Assembly (NCBI GenBank): GCA_026625185.1
Contig: CP113000.1
Coordinates: 1,875,622-1,907,621 of the forward strand
Reading direction: 5' to 3'
From: Thermodesulfobacteriota bacterium
GTDB taxonomy: Bacteria; Desulfobacterota; WTBG01; JAGOGO01
DNA: 32,000 bases
The translations under genes and the position numbers were made by a program. The notes beneath the pieces were generated by a model. That model was not told where the DNA came from and did no database searches. It saw nothing but the letters and a program-made list of their open reading frames with translations. This document shows positions 19,718 to 27,745 of the stretch, piece by piece (positions within the stretch are counted from its first letter, which is position 1; every line of letters begins with the position of its first letter).

Positions 19718-19775
19718 TTCGTTATACCTCCCATTAATTTGTTGTTAATATAAAACTAATTTTTTAATAATATCG

Positions 19776-20312
19776 TTATTTGCTTGTTGGGTTAAAGTCA
19801 TCTCGCCGATTTTTTGACCAACATGCTTCATTGTGTTCGGCACATAAAGGTTTCTCTTTTCCCCAGCTAACGGTTGCGAGCCGGGCAGCGGAGACTCCTA
19901 ATTTAACCAAATATTCTTTTGCAGAGTTAGCTCGACGGTCGCCTAATGCCAGATTATATTCAGCGGTGCCGCGCTCATCACAGTTGCCTTCAATCTTGAT
20001 ATTAACCGTGGGTTTTTTAGTAAGCCAGTCAGCGGTCTTGTCGAGGTTTTTCTTAGCATCAGGCTTTAAATTGGATTTGTCATAGTCAAAGTAAATCGGC
20101 ATCAGGGCACCCTCTGCTTGCGCTTGTTTTAATAACGCTGCTAATTCCTTATCCATTACCTCCGAAGAAGGTTCTGCTTCTACGATGGCCGGGGGTGCGG
20201 TTACCGTTTCTGCCGCGGGCGTCGCTTTTTTCGCGCAGGCGCAACCAGATAATGCCACCACTAAAATCAATAGAATTAGAAGACTTAAACCTTTAACCCA
20301 TTTTTTCGTCAT
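19776..20312 (-). CDS. pal: Peptidoglycan-associated lipoprotein (Pal/OmpA C-terminal domain family)
   Basis: Signal peptide plus lipobox (LILVVALSGC). OmpA_C core: IYFDYDKSNLKPDAKKNLDKTADWL, IEGNCDERGTAEYNLALGDRRANSAKEYLVKLGV. SD AAAGGAG lies upstream. Confidence 0.85.
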   Translation of the reverse strand: MTKKWVKGLSLLILLILVVALSGCACAKKATPAAETVTAPPAIVEAEPSSEVMDKELAALLKQAQAEGALMPIYFDYDKSNLKPDAKKNLDKTADWLTKKPTVNIKIEGNCDERGTAEYNLALGDRRANSAKEYLVKLGVSAARLATVSWGKEKPLCAEHNEACWSKNRRDDFNPTSK

Positions 20313-21442
20313 TTCTCAATACTCCTTTCTTTTTAACTAGTTTGAGGATTTAAAAAAAAAATTTCCAAACACAACGTACTGCCTTGGATTTTGCCGTTTT
20401 TTCTACCAGCGCCTCCTTATTAAAAACCATCAAACCCGCAATTCTTGTCACCCCCTTTCTTTTTAGATGGTTATATCAATTTTAGGAAAAATCAACAAAA
20501 ATTTAACAATGATCAATTGATATATAATTAAAAAAATTTTTAAAAAGTCAAGTTTTTTTAAATAATTAAACACAGTTAAGTCAAAGTAGCGTCTTTGACA
20601 CCTGAGCAATCCCTCTGTCCTTAAGCTCAACCGAATTAAGCACTGCACTTTTTTGCAATAACCAATTTAAGCGGCCGCACTTTTTCTGGCCAAGGAAGAA
20701 GCACGTTTAAGCGCAAGTGTGCTCTTACTGCTTATCTTACGCAATGTTTTACTAAAGAAAAAATTATATTGCTCAATATAGTATTTTGCAAGTAAAAAAT
20801 TATCTAAAACCCTTTAGTTAAGAGGGAGAAGAACAATTTGGAGCCCATTAAAAGGATAGAATATATTCTTTTCGAACCGCTTTTTTTAATTTTTTCGTTC
20901 AGTCCCTGATTCCAGGTTGTCCCCAGGCAGACACATATTCTAACAGGATTGAATTTTTTTCTTCCAAAAACCTCAGAAACTTTGTTCAACGTCCGGGACC
21001 GGATTCATTAAAAAAAAGTCTCCTCATTGATAAACTTACTCATTTTTTTTCTCTCTGCAAGGAATATCTTTTTTTAACCTTAACAGTGCAAAAAATATTC
21101 GTTACTCTAAAAAATGCCTGCTATTTTATAATGTAAGTATATTAAATCTATTAATTTTTTTAAAAAAATAAGAAGATTAATCGGCCTGGAGCGGAACATA
21201 TATTTCCTCACACCATTTTTCAATCTTTTCTAAATTTAGATATTGCCGCGGCTTCGCCTTGCAATTAAAAACTAAATAATAACGATCTGTTATTGTCATT
21301 GCGAGGAGTTCCGATTTTATCTGGACGACGAAGCAATCTTATTCACAAAAGTCTAAAACTATCAAGCCGGTATTATGCTAATTTGGACAACATTGACCAG
21401 TTTTATAGATTAATTTCTGAATGTTAAGAGACGGGGGGTTAC

Positions 21443-22708
21443 TTAGCCAGTCTTGCTTTTGATGTTGGGTTTGTCAAAACTGTATTTAACCTCTTGGAAG
21501 GAAGAACGGAATCGATTTACTTCCTCCTTTACTTTTTTCTTGTCAACTATACACTCCTTAATCAACTCTGCAATTCTACGCATCTCTTCTTTTCCCATGC
21601 CAAACCGGGTCATCTCCTGAACACCGATTCGAATTCCTTCCGGGTTATTGAAGGTAGAAAGAGCTTCATGGGGAAGCATGTTCATATTGAGAATAATGTC
21701 GTTCAACTCCAGAGTTATGGATGTCTTCTCCCCGCCATTAAATTTTTTTACATTAACCGCAATCTGATGACTTTCGGTATAACCGAACTCTTTTGCCGCT
21801 ACATCGAATCCCAGTTGATCAAGGGCTTCAGCTAAAGCTTTGGCATTGGCAATGACGGCTTCAGCGTATTGTGAGCCGAATTCCATCATTTCATAGGTAC
21901 AGATAGCTAACTGGGCCAGGGTGTCGAGGTGATGGTTGCTGGAGGAACCTGGGAAAGCGCCTCGATCGATCTTTCTCCAAAAACTATCCTCCAGGTTGCT
22001 CAAAATCAATCCCCGCTGGCTACCAAAAAAAGTTTTATGAGTGCTGGCGGTTATCAGGTGGGCTCCTTCCCTAAGGGGATCCTGGAATTTTTTCCCGGCG
22101 ATTAGTCCCAGCACATGGGCAGCATCATAAAGCATAATAATATTATTTTCCCGGCAGATCTCGACGAGATCGGCAATTGGTTCAGGAAATAAAAAAAGGC
22201 TCTTGCCCAGAACGATCAGCTTGGGCTTTACTCTATGGATTAAGTCTTTGGTCTTTTCCACATCAATATGATAGCCGTCCTTGGTTAACGGAAAATCAAT
22301 AATATTTTTAGTAAATTTTCCAACCGATCCTTGTCGGTGATGGCTGATATGCCCTCCCCCTGGTGTTGAGTTTACCATTACCACATCATTGTAATTGATC
22401 AGGCGGCTAAAAACTGCTTCATTAGCATTAGTGCCGCTGATTGGCCTAACCTCGCAATGGTTACACTCAAAAAGCATTTTGAGATCACCTTTTAGGTTAC
22501 TCTCAATGGTGTCAACAAAATTTGTCCCTCGGTAATATCTTTCTCCCGGATGGCCCTCAGCATAACGGTGGGCAAAATCTGATCCTGCCTGAGATCGTGC
22601 TCGTCGGCTCATGACATTTTCGCTGGCAATTAAGTTGATACACTTCCTTCGCCATTCGTTTTGGTGACTGATAAGGCTTTCAACCTCCTGGACCTTCTTT
22701 TCATACAT
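21443..22708 (-). CDS. glyA: Serine hydroxymethyltransferase
   Basis: LIASENVMS near the N-terminus. PLP-lysine region ITASTHKTFFGSQRG. 421 aa. SD AAAGGAGG lies upstream of ATG 22708. Confidence 0.9.
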   Translation of the reverse strand: MYEKKVQEVESLISHQNEWRRKCINLIASENVMSRRARSQAGSDFAHRYAEGHPGERYYRGTNFVDTIESNLKGDLKMLFECNHCEVRPISGTNANEAVFSRLINYNDVVMVNSTPGGGHISHHRQGSVGKFTKNIIDFPLTKDGYHIDVEKTKDLIHRVKPKLIVLGKSLFLFPEPIADLVEICRENNIIMLYDAAHVLGLIAGKKFQDPLREGAHLITASTHKTFFGSQRGLILSNLEDSFWRKIDRGAFPGSSSNHHLDTLAQLAICTYEMMEFGSQYAEAVIANAKALAEALDQLGFDVAAKEFGYTESHQIAVNVKKFNGGEKTSITLELNDIILNMNMLPHEALSTFNNPEGIRIGVQEMTRFGMGKEEMRRIAELIKECIVDKKKVKEEVNRFRSSFQEVKYSFDKPNIKSKTG

Positions 22709-22744
22709 AACGCGGTGTACCTCCTTTTAAAAAAACAGAAGTTA

Positions 22745-22773
22745 AGATTAAACGCTTACAAAGAAGAAGTCAA
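22745..22773 (-). promoter_or_regulatory. Candidate sigma-70 promoter of glyA
   Basis: On the minus strand: TTGACT (complement of 22768-22773), 17-nt spacer, TAATCT (complement of 22745-22750), about 37 nt upstream of the ATG. Confidence 0.4.
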
Positions 22774-22914
22774 TCTTTTCCTTATCCTGTATGAGGAAGG
22801 AGTGATGAAAAAATGTCTTTTATTAGGATAACGGAAAGGTAATCGTACGCCTAAAAAGACCGTATAATGCGCATCGCACGTTTTTGGTGGGTCAGTAAAA
22901 AAACACCCAAAGCC

Positions 22915-23571
22915 TTAATGAGTTATGACGGTTATTAAATCAGCAGAGTTTTTAATCAACACCTTGGCGCCGCTTGCAATAAGCTCTTCTGCGGTTCGAA
23001 AACCCCAGAGTACCCCAACCGGATGCATACCTGCGGCAAGAGCAATCTTCATATCTACTTCCGAATCCCCTAAAAATATAAACCTGCGTGGGGGGAGCTT
23101 TAGCTTTTTTGCTATATCTAATGCGGCAGAAGGGTCAGGTTTTTTTGCCACCAAGGGTTTTTCCCCCTGGACGACAGAGAACTCCCACTTTATCAAAAAT
23201 TTCGCCGCCATTTCTTTGGTGAAATCATCCGGCTTGTTGGAGAGAATGGCCATCTTGATTCCCTGATTAGTCAGGGAATCAAGAATGTCGGGAACTTCCG
23301 GATAAAGACGGGTTTTATTAGCCCACCTTTTACTATATTCCTCTCGCATCAAGGTGACACAAAGGGTGATAAAGTCTTCCTCGAATTTTTTTTGGGGGAG
23401 TGCTTGTTGAATTAATCTTCCTATCCCTTCACCGACAAAGTATTTGTAAGTTTGAAGATCGTGCTGCGGAAAATCGAAGCGGCTTAGAACGCTATTTGCT
23501 GCGTCAGCAATATCTTCAAGGGTATCCAACAACGTTCCATCAAGATCAAAAATTACTGCTTGGTACTGCAT
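22915..23571 (-). CDS. HAD-superfamily hydrolase, phosphoglycolate phosphatase-like (subfamily IA)
   Basis: Motif I VIFDLDGTLLDT, motif II ILSNK, motif III/IV KKPDP and FLGDSEVDM. ATG 23571 (MQYQAVIFDLDG) preferred over the listed 23628. Confidence 0.85.
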   Translation of the reverse strand: MQYQAVIFDLDGTLLDTLEDIADAANSVLSRFDFPQHDLQTYKYFVGEGIGRLIQQALPQKKFEEDFITLCVTLMREEYSKRWANKTRLYPEVPDILDSLTNQGIKMAILSNKPDDFTKEMAAKFLIKWEFSVVQGEKPLVAKKPDPSAALDIAKKLKLPPRRFIFLGDSEVDMKIALAAGMHPVGVLWGFRTAEELIASGAKVLIKNSADLITVITH

Positions 23572-23642
23572 AAAAAACCGCTGATAATATAATATTTTTA
23601 GCTGGTTACACAAGATATGCCAAAGCAAGATACTATCTTACC

Positions 23643-23675
23643 TTGACAAGCATTGCATTTCTTAACGCTTGTCAA
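23643..23675. promoter_or_regulatory. Perfect 9-bp inverted repeat TTGACAAGC-N15-GCTTGTCAA in the intergenic region
   Basis: TTGACAAGC at 23643-23651 and GCTTGTCAA at 23667-23675. It lies 67 nt downstream of the 888-aa ORF stop and about 72 nt upstream of the HAD ATG. No U-tract follows on either strand. Confidence 0.5.
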
Positions 23676-23741
23676 ACTATTGTGGGCTAGATTGAAAGAA
23701 TATAGGCCAAATTAAAAGGATAACGTGGTTAAATCCTCGAA

Positions 23742-26348
23742 TCAAGGGTGGACACAATAACAAACAGCCCGATTTTGTTTACGGTCCATGGCTACTCGAA
23801 AACTGCTTTTACTGGGTTGATCACTTACCACCCTTATCACTGGTGAAAACTGGGAAAAATCTGGGGCAATTTCCTTAAGAAGGTTGGAGGAATTATGGAA
23901 AAATTTTTCACTAAGGTAATTGTTATTCAGTCCAGGGTAGACAGCCAAATAATAGATTCCATCTTCTACCAAATCCTGGAAAAAGTGCGTTCCGTAGGAC
24001 GCTTCGGGTACATATCCTCCCGCACTCGTCGCTATTTCAACAATCATCGCCGCAGCGTCAATATCCGCATAGGTGACCTTTACACCTAAATCAATATTGT
24101 TGCTTCCCCACCGACCTGGTCCAATAAGGATATACCGTTTGTTTTGATCTTGTAGGACTCCGTTTATCCGGCCAATGGCCCGGGCAACCTGTAATTTTTT
24201 GTCGGGTGGAAGGTTATGGTATCCCTCACTGTCTACATACACCAGGTAGTGAATATTTTCAACTGAAGCAGTATTAACACAGGAATCAGTCTGGAAAATC
24301 AGGTCTTCAGGTGTTACTCTCTCGGGGAAAGGAACATTTTTCTGGTCCCGCACCTCGCTCAAGGGGCGGCATTGGAGCAGGTTAATTTTTACTTGACCAC
24401 GTTCATCTACTTCAGCCACAAACTCAATATCTACTGGAATTCTATAGCCTTCCTCTAGTTTGTTTAAAATTTTATCCATGAGGGCGGCGAAAGGAGTTTT
24501 TTTAATTAAATTATTAAAAGTGAGAATTTTATTTTTAGCAACTTTAAATTGCATAATGCTGATGGGATCAAGGATGGTGCCGTCGTCATGAATAGAAAAA
24601 AGATACTGGTAACCCAGAATACCTTGTTGGTCTGTTGCCTCGTAGAGGTGCATCGTTTTGAAAAGGTTTGAGGAAAGGTCAATTGCATCCACGTAATGCT
24701 GAGAGTAACGTTTGATTTCCGATTCATAAAGGACCGGACGGAGGGTTGGATGACTCAGGGCAATCATGCGTGGATAATCATTACCTACGCGGTCAACTGC
24801 ACGGGTACCGAGCCCAAAGACAATGCGGAGTAAACCTTTGTTGGTATCGATTCGGGGCGCCCAGGGATGGAAATTGCGAGAGAAACCTACCCCGGCAACC
24901 ATGGGCATAAAGAAATTACCGATATTTCGGCCTTCCACCCGCATTACTAAAAGAGCCATCTGTTCATCAGTATAAATTAATTTATGTTTCATGCGGTAAA
25001 GAAGGGCATCGGGTTTTAAGACGCTGCTGTAAACTATTTTGATAGCATTCAAGAAATCATGCAAACGATTATCGAAATCTCCTTGGTTCGGGCAAAAAAC
25101 GCTCTCATATTTGCCGGCAAAAGCATAACCAAAATTATCCTCGAGGAGGCTTGACGACCGAACGATGATTGGGTGGGAGCCAAAATGTTCGAGCACCTTT
25201 TTGCATTGAGCGATCGTTTCCGGCCGAAACTTCCCTTCAAGAAAATGATTGCGCAGGCTTGGGTATTCAGAAACAATAGTCTCACGGTTTTGATACTGCT
25301 GGCTAAGAAGATAAAGAAGATCATTATCAAGCAAAAACTCAAAAAAAACATCGGAACCAATATAAAAAGAATCATGGTCTTGCAGGACTTCTTTTAACTC
25401 CGGCAAGTCCTCTTCTGTTGCTTTTTCCAGGATTTTTCTTGCCAATAACATGCCCGCAGACTTACCTCCAATACGGCCGGACCCAACCATGCGGTTATGA
25501 ATTTTTTCCAGGTCTTCCAGTGCAAAATATTTGCGAGCTATCTGAAAATACTCAGACCGTTGGCTAATAAAGGTTTTGATCAACTCCATTCGTAGCGCTT
25601 CACAGTTAGCGGGCGACCAGCAGGCCCGGGATTTGAGTCGACGAAGCAAGGTCTCGATGGGTTGAAGGTATTCAGATTGCGGAGGCTTTTCGTGGGTCAT
25701 CATCTTGGGAACTTGCTCGGCATCCTCCCATGGGCCTTCCGGTGCTTTGCCCACCGGGGAAATGAGCTGATGGGTTTCAAACATCGTGGGAGAATATCGG
25801 TCCCAAACTTTGAGGGGTCTGATGTAGGATTGGCCGTGCTGTACATAAAAGTCGATGAGGAGCTGGGTGGTATCACGGATACGGGCGATGGTCTGGTTGT
25901 TGTGACTTCCTCTGAGTAAGCAAAAATAGGCTATTGTTTCGAGCTCAAACAGGCGAGGGCAAACGGTTCTAAAAAAATTAGCTAAAGACTCATCACTTCC
26001 CCACTGCCGGGCCAACAGAGAAAGGTTATCAAAGATGTAGTATACCCTTTTCCCCTTGGACTCCATAACCTCCCTTACAAAGCGGTAGAGATAGTCAAAC
26101 CCCTGGGTGCGATCAATAGCTATAACATCGCAGTGCGGGGAGGTTCCGGGGATTTCATAAGAGTCAAAGTGCATATAAATTATTTCCACCCCTTTTTGGA
26201 CAGCATCGTGTACTAGGGGGGACACAAGCCAAGAATATTCTAAAGCAGTAGTAACCTGCCATACCACGTTATCACCCCATCGAAGACCGTCGATAAGGTT
26301 GTCAATAACAGGTATGCCCGTGCTAAGTTTTTTTGCCTCTTGGTTCAT
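23742..26348 (-). CDS. Large uncharacterised fusion protein: KaiC/RecA-like N-terminal domain lacking a P-loop, plus a PEP/pyruvate-binding (PPDK_N-type) module
   Basis: N-terminus LSTGIPVIDNLIDGLRWGDNVVWQV resembles the KaiC/RadA opening but has no GxxGxGKT. The centre has GGKSAGMLLARKIL and IIVRSSSLLEDNFGYAFAGKYESVF, as in PEP synthase/PPDK N-domains. ATG 26348 has SD AAGGA. An alternative TTG start at 26408 has no SD. Confidence 0.8.
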   Translation of the reverse strand: MNQEAKKLSTGIPVIDNLIDGLRWGDNVVWQVTTALEYSWLVSPLVHDAVQKGVEIIYMHFDSYEIPGTSPHCDVIAIDRTQGFDYLYRFVREVMESKGKRVYYIFDNLSLLARQWGSDESLANFFRTVCPRLFELETIAYFCLLRGSHNNQTIARIRDTTQLLIDFYVQHGQSYIRPLKVWDRYSPTMFETHQLISPVGKAPEGPWEDAEQVPKMMTHEKPPQSEYLQPIETLLRRLKSRACWSPANCEALRMELIKTFISQRSEYFQIARKYFALEDLEKIHNRMVGSGRIGGKSAGMLLARKILEKATEEDLPELKEVLQDHDSFYIGSDVFFEFLLDNDLLYLLSQQYQNRETIVSEYPSLRNHFLEGKFRPETIAQCKKVLEHFGSHPIIVRSSSLLEDNFGYAFAGKYESVFCPNQGDFDNRLHDFLNAIKIVYSSVLKPDALLYRMKHKLIYTDEQMALLVMRVEGRNIGNFFMPMVAGVGFSRNFHPWAPRIDTNKGLLRIVFGLGTRAVDRVGNDYPRMIALSHPTLRPVLYESEIKRYSQHYVDAIDLSSNLFKTMHLYEATDQQGILGYQYLFSIHDDGTILDPISIMQFKVAKNKILTFNNLIKKTPFAALMDKILNKLEEGYRIPVDIEFVAEVDERGQVKINLLQCRPLSEVRDQKNVPFPERVTPEDLIFQTDSCVNTASVENIHYLVYVDSEGYHNLPPDKKLQVARAIGRINGVLQDQNKRYILIGPGRWGSNNIDLGVKVTYADIDAAAMIVEIATSAGGYVPEASYGTHFFQDLVEDGIYYLAVYPGLNNNYLSEKFFHNSSNLLKEIAPDFSQFSPVIRVVSDQPSKSSFRVAMDRKQNRAVCYCVHP

Positions 26349-26455
26349 AAGTTCCTTTCCAAAAAAATCGAAGGATTTTGTTGAATCCCTTTTTTGGTTC
26401 GATTCCAAAAATGAAATCTAGAGACTTTTACGGTTGCATCACCTTGGGAAAAGCA

Positions 26456-27448
26456 TCACGTAATTTTTATTTCCCAGAACGGCATCAATTTGTCAAACTC
26501 AAATAATGTCCCCATGGCAGTGTTTTCCGTGTTAATGCCACACTCTTCAACCGCCGCCAACGGGTTTAATCCCCCCGCTAAAATCATACCAACCCTTCCA
26601 TTAGACACGGGGATCCCCAAAAGTGGACGGCTAGGTTTGCCGATCATTAAAATGTCTCCCAAACCGATTTGATCAAGTTTCTTTTTTATTTTTTCGACCT
26701 TTTGAAAAGCAACCGCAGGAAACTCACGAAAACTTGCCCCGATCTTCCCGCTCCCGGAAATTGTGGCCTGATAAACGCTGGTTATTCTGCCTTTAATAAA
26801 TATTTCCAGGGGGTCGAGTGAAGAGCCATCGTAATTTATAATTTCGGTAAATCGTAAAGGTCGTCCTTTAACAAGTTCTAAAATTCCTCCAAAACGGGAC
26901 GTGGTGTGAATTCCCTCTTTGAGAAGTACCCCATTTATAGTCACGCTACAGACTGTACCGAGCGCAATTTGTGAGTCGGCTATTAGTTTGTTGCCGAATT
27001 TGTCGCCAGGAAATCCTAATACCACCAGTCTTCCCATCCCTAATCCGGCCCGGAAGACTTGTTGAATATAGGGAATGGCTTTTTGAAAATCTTTTCTATG
27101 GATAGTGGAAACATTGAGGATGATCTTTCCTTTGAGTTTACGAAGAGAAAAATCCATTTGGTAAGTAAGGGTATCAATCTTTGAAGCAATAACCCCCACC
27201 TTGTCGAAAACAAAAGCGTTTTTTATTTCTTCCTCTCCTTTGAGGGTGATGATGCGTCCTCTTTTCCCTAAATTTTGGGTAAGACCGTTTTTATCCATTT
27301 TTTCTAAATAATATCGGACTGTTCTTTGGCTTAGGTCATAGCCAACTTCCTGTAGCTTTTGGGCAATTCTGGTTCCTCCCAAAGGTCTTTGGATTTCGTA
27401 AAGGATGTTCAAAATAGAAACAAATTTTCGCTGCAAAGGTGAATCCAT
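26456..27448 (-). CDS. nrpR: NrpR-like transcriptional regulator (winged HTH plus a single NrpR/DUF128-type domain)
   Basis: N-terminus ILNILYEIQRPLGGTRIAQKLQEVGYDLSQRTVRYYLEKMDKNGLTQNLGKRGRIITLKGEEEI matches my memory of the NrpR wHTH. The 330-aa length fits the HTH plus one-domain class. SD AAGGA lies upstream. Assigned from recall only, with no search. Confidence 0.7.
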   Translation of the reverse strand: MDSPLQRKFVSILNILYEIQRPLGGTRIAQKLQEVGYDLSQRTVRYYLEKMDKNGLTQNLGKRGRIITLKGEEEIKNAFVFDKVGVIASKIDTLTYQMDFSLRKLKGKIILNVSTIHRKDFQKAIPYIQQVFRAGLGMGRLVVLGFPGDKFGNKLIADSQIALGTVCSVTINGVLLKEGIHTTSRFGGILELVKGRPLRFTEIINYDGSSLDPLEIFIKGRITSVYQATISGSGKIGASFREFPAVAFQKVEKIKKKLDQIGLGDILMIGKPSRPLLGIPVSNGRVGMILAGGLNPLAAVEECGINTENTAMGTLFEFDKLMPFWEIKIT

Positions 27449-27510
27449 AATTATCCTTTTTAAATTTTAAGTTATTTCTAACATAAATTTAATTAATGTC
27501 AAATTTTTTC

Positions 27511-27522
27511 GGCAAAATTGCC
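27511..27522. promoter_or_regulatory. Palindrome GGCAA-aa-TTGCC on the nrpR side of the divergent intergenic region
   Basis: Read directly. On the minus strand it lies immediately upstream of a TTGACA box (complement of 27497-27502), 63-74 bp from the nrpR ATG. Confidence 0.4.
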
Positions 27523-27637
27523 CAAACTGCCTTTTTCTTTTATTTTGCTTAACATTATAATAAGTTAGAAAAATTGGATTATAATTCAACCCAAAAATGA
27601 GAATCAGTTGTAATTATAGACTAAAAATAAAAATTTC

Positions 27638-27666
27638 TTGACAAGAGCATTTTCGAGTGATAGGAA
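27638..27666 (+). promoter_or_regulatory. Candidate promoter of the gltB-like/gdh operon
   Basis: TTGACA (27638-27643), 17-nt spacer ending in TGA, then TAGGAA (27661-27666). Good -35 but weak -10. Confidence 0.3.
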
Positions 27667-27682
27667 TAACCATTCAAAAAGT

Positions 27683-27698
27683 CGGCAATTAATTGCCG
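27683..27698. promoter_or_regulatory. Perfect 16-bp palindrome CGGCAATTAATTGCCG, candidate operator
   Basis: Read directly. It lies 17 nt downstream of the putative -10 and 48 nt upstream of ATG 27746. It shares GGCAA/TTGCC half-sites with 27511-27522. Confidence 0.45.
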
Positions 27699-27745
27699 TT
27701 CTAGTTTAAAATTTTATGGAAATATAAAATAATCAGGAGGGCATC

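Noticed and set aside
19352-19748. Three plus-strand ORFs (19352-19663, 19383-19748, 19471-19737) over the tandem repeat, encoding Ser/Arg-, Gly/Ala- and Gln/Glu-rich proteins
   Set aside because: They are open only because a GC-rich 21-bp (in-frame) repeat lacks stops in all frames. None has an SD, signal peptide or terminator context. The minus-strand ORF has an SD, a lipoprotein signal and a downstream terminator.
20463-20989. ORFs 20463-20648 and 20804-20989 (minus) in the long AT-rich gap
   Set aside because: Ile/Leu/Lys/Phe-rich composition as expected from AT-rich non-coding DNA, with no SD and no recognisable motif. The region is kept as unexplained (see findings) but these are not called as CDS.
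23608-23623. Sigma-54-like TTGGCATATCTTGTGT on the minus strand upstream of the HAD gene, and GGCA-containing strings near 27511
   Set aside because: The GG to GC spacing does not match the canonical -24/-12 geometry (12 nt from the first G of GG to the G of GC), and the -12 TTGC is absent. No intergenic site in the window fits TGGCAC-N5-TTGC.
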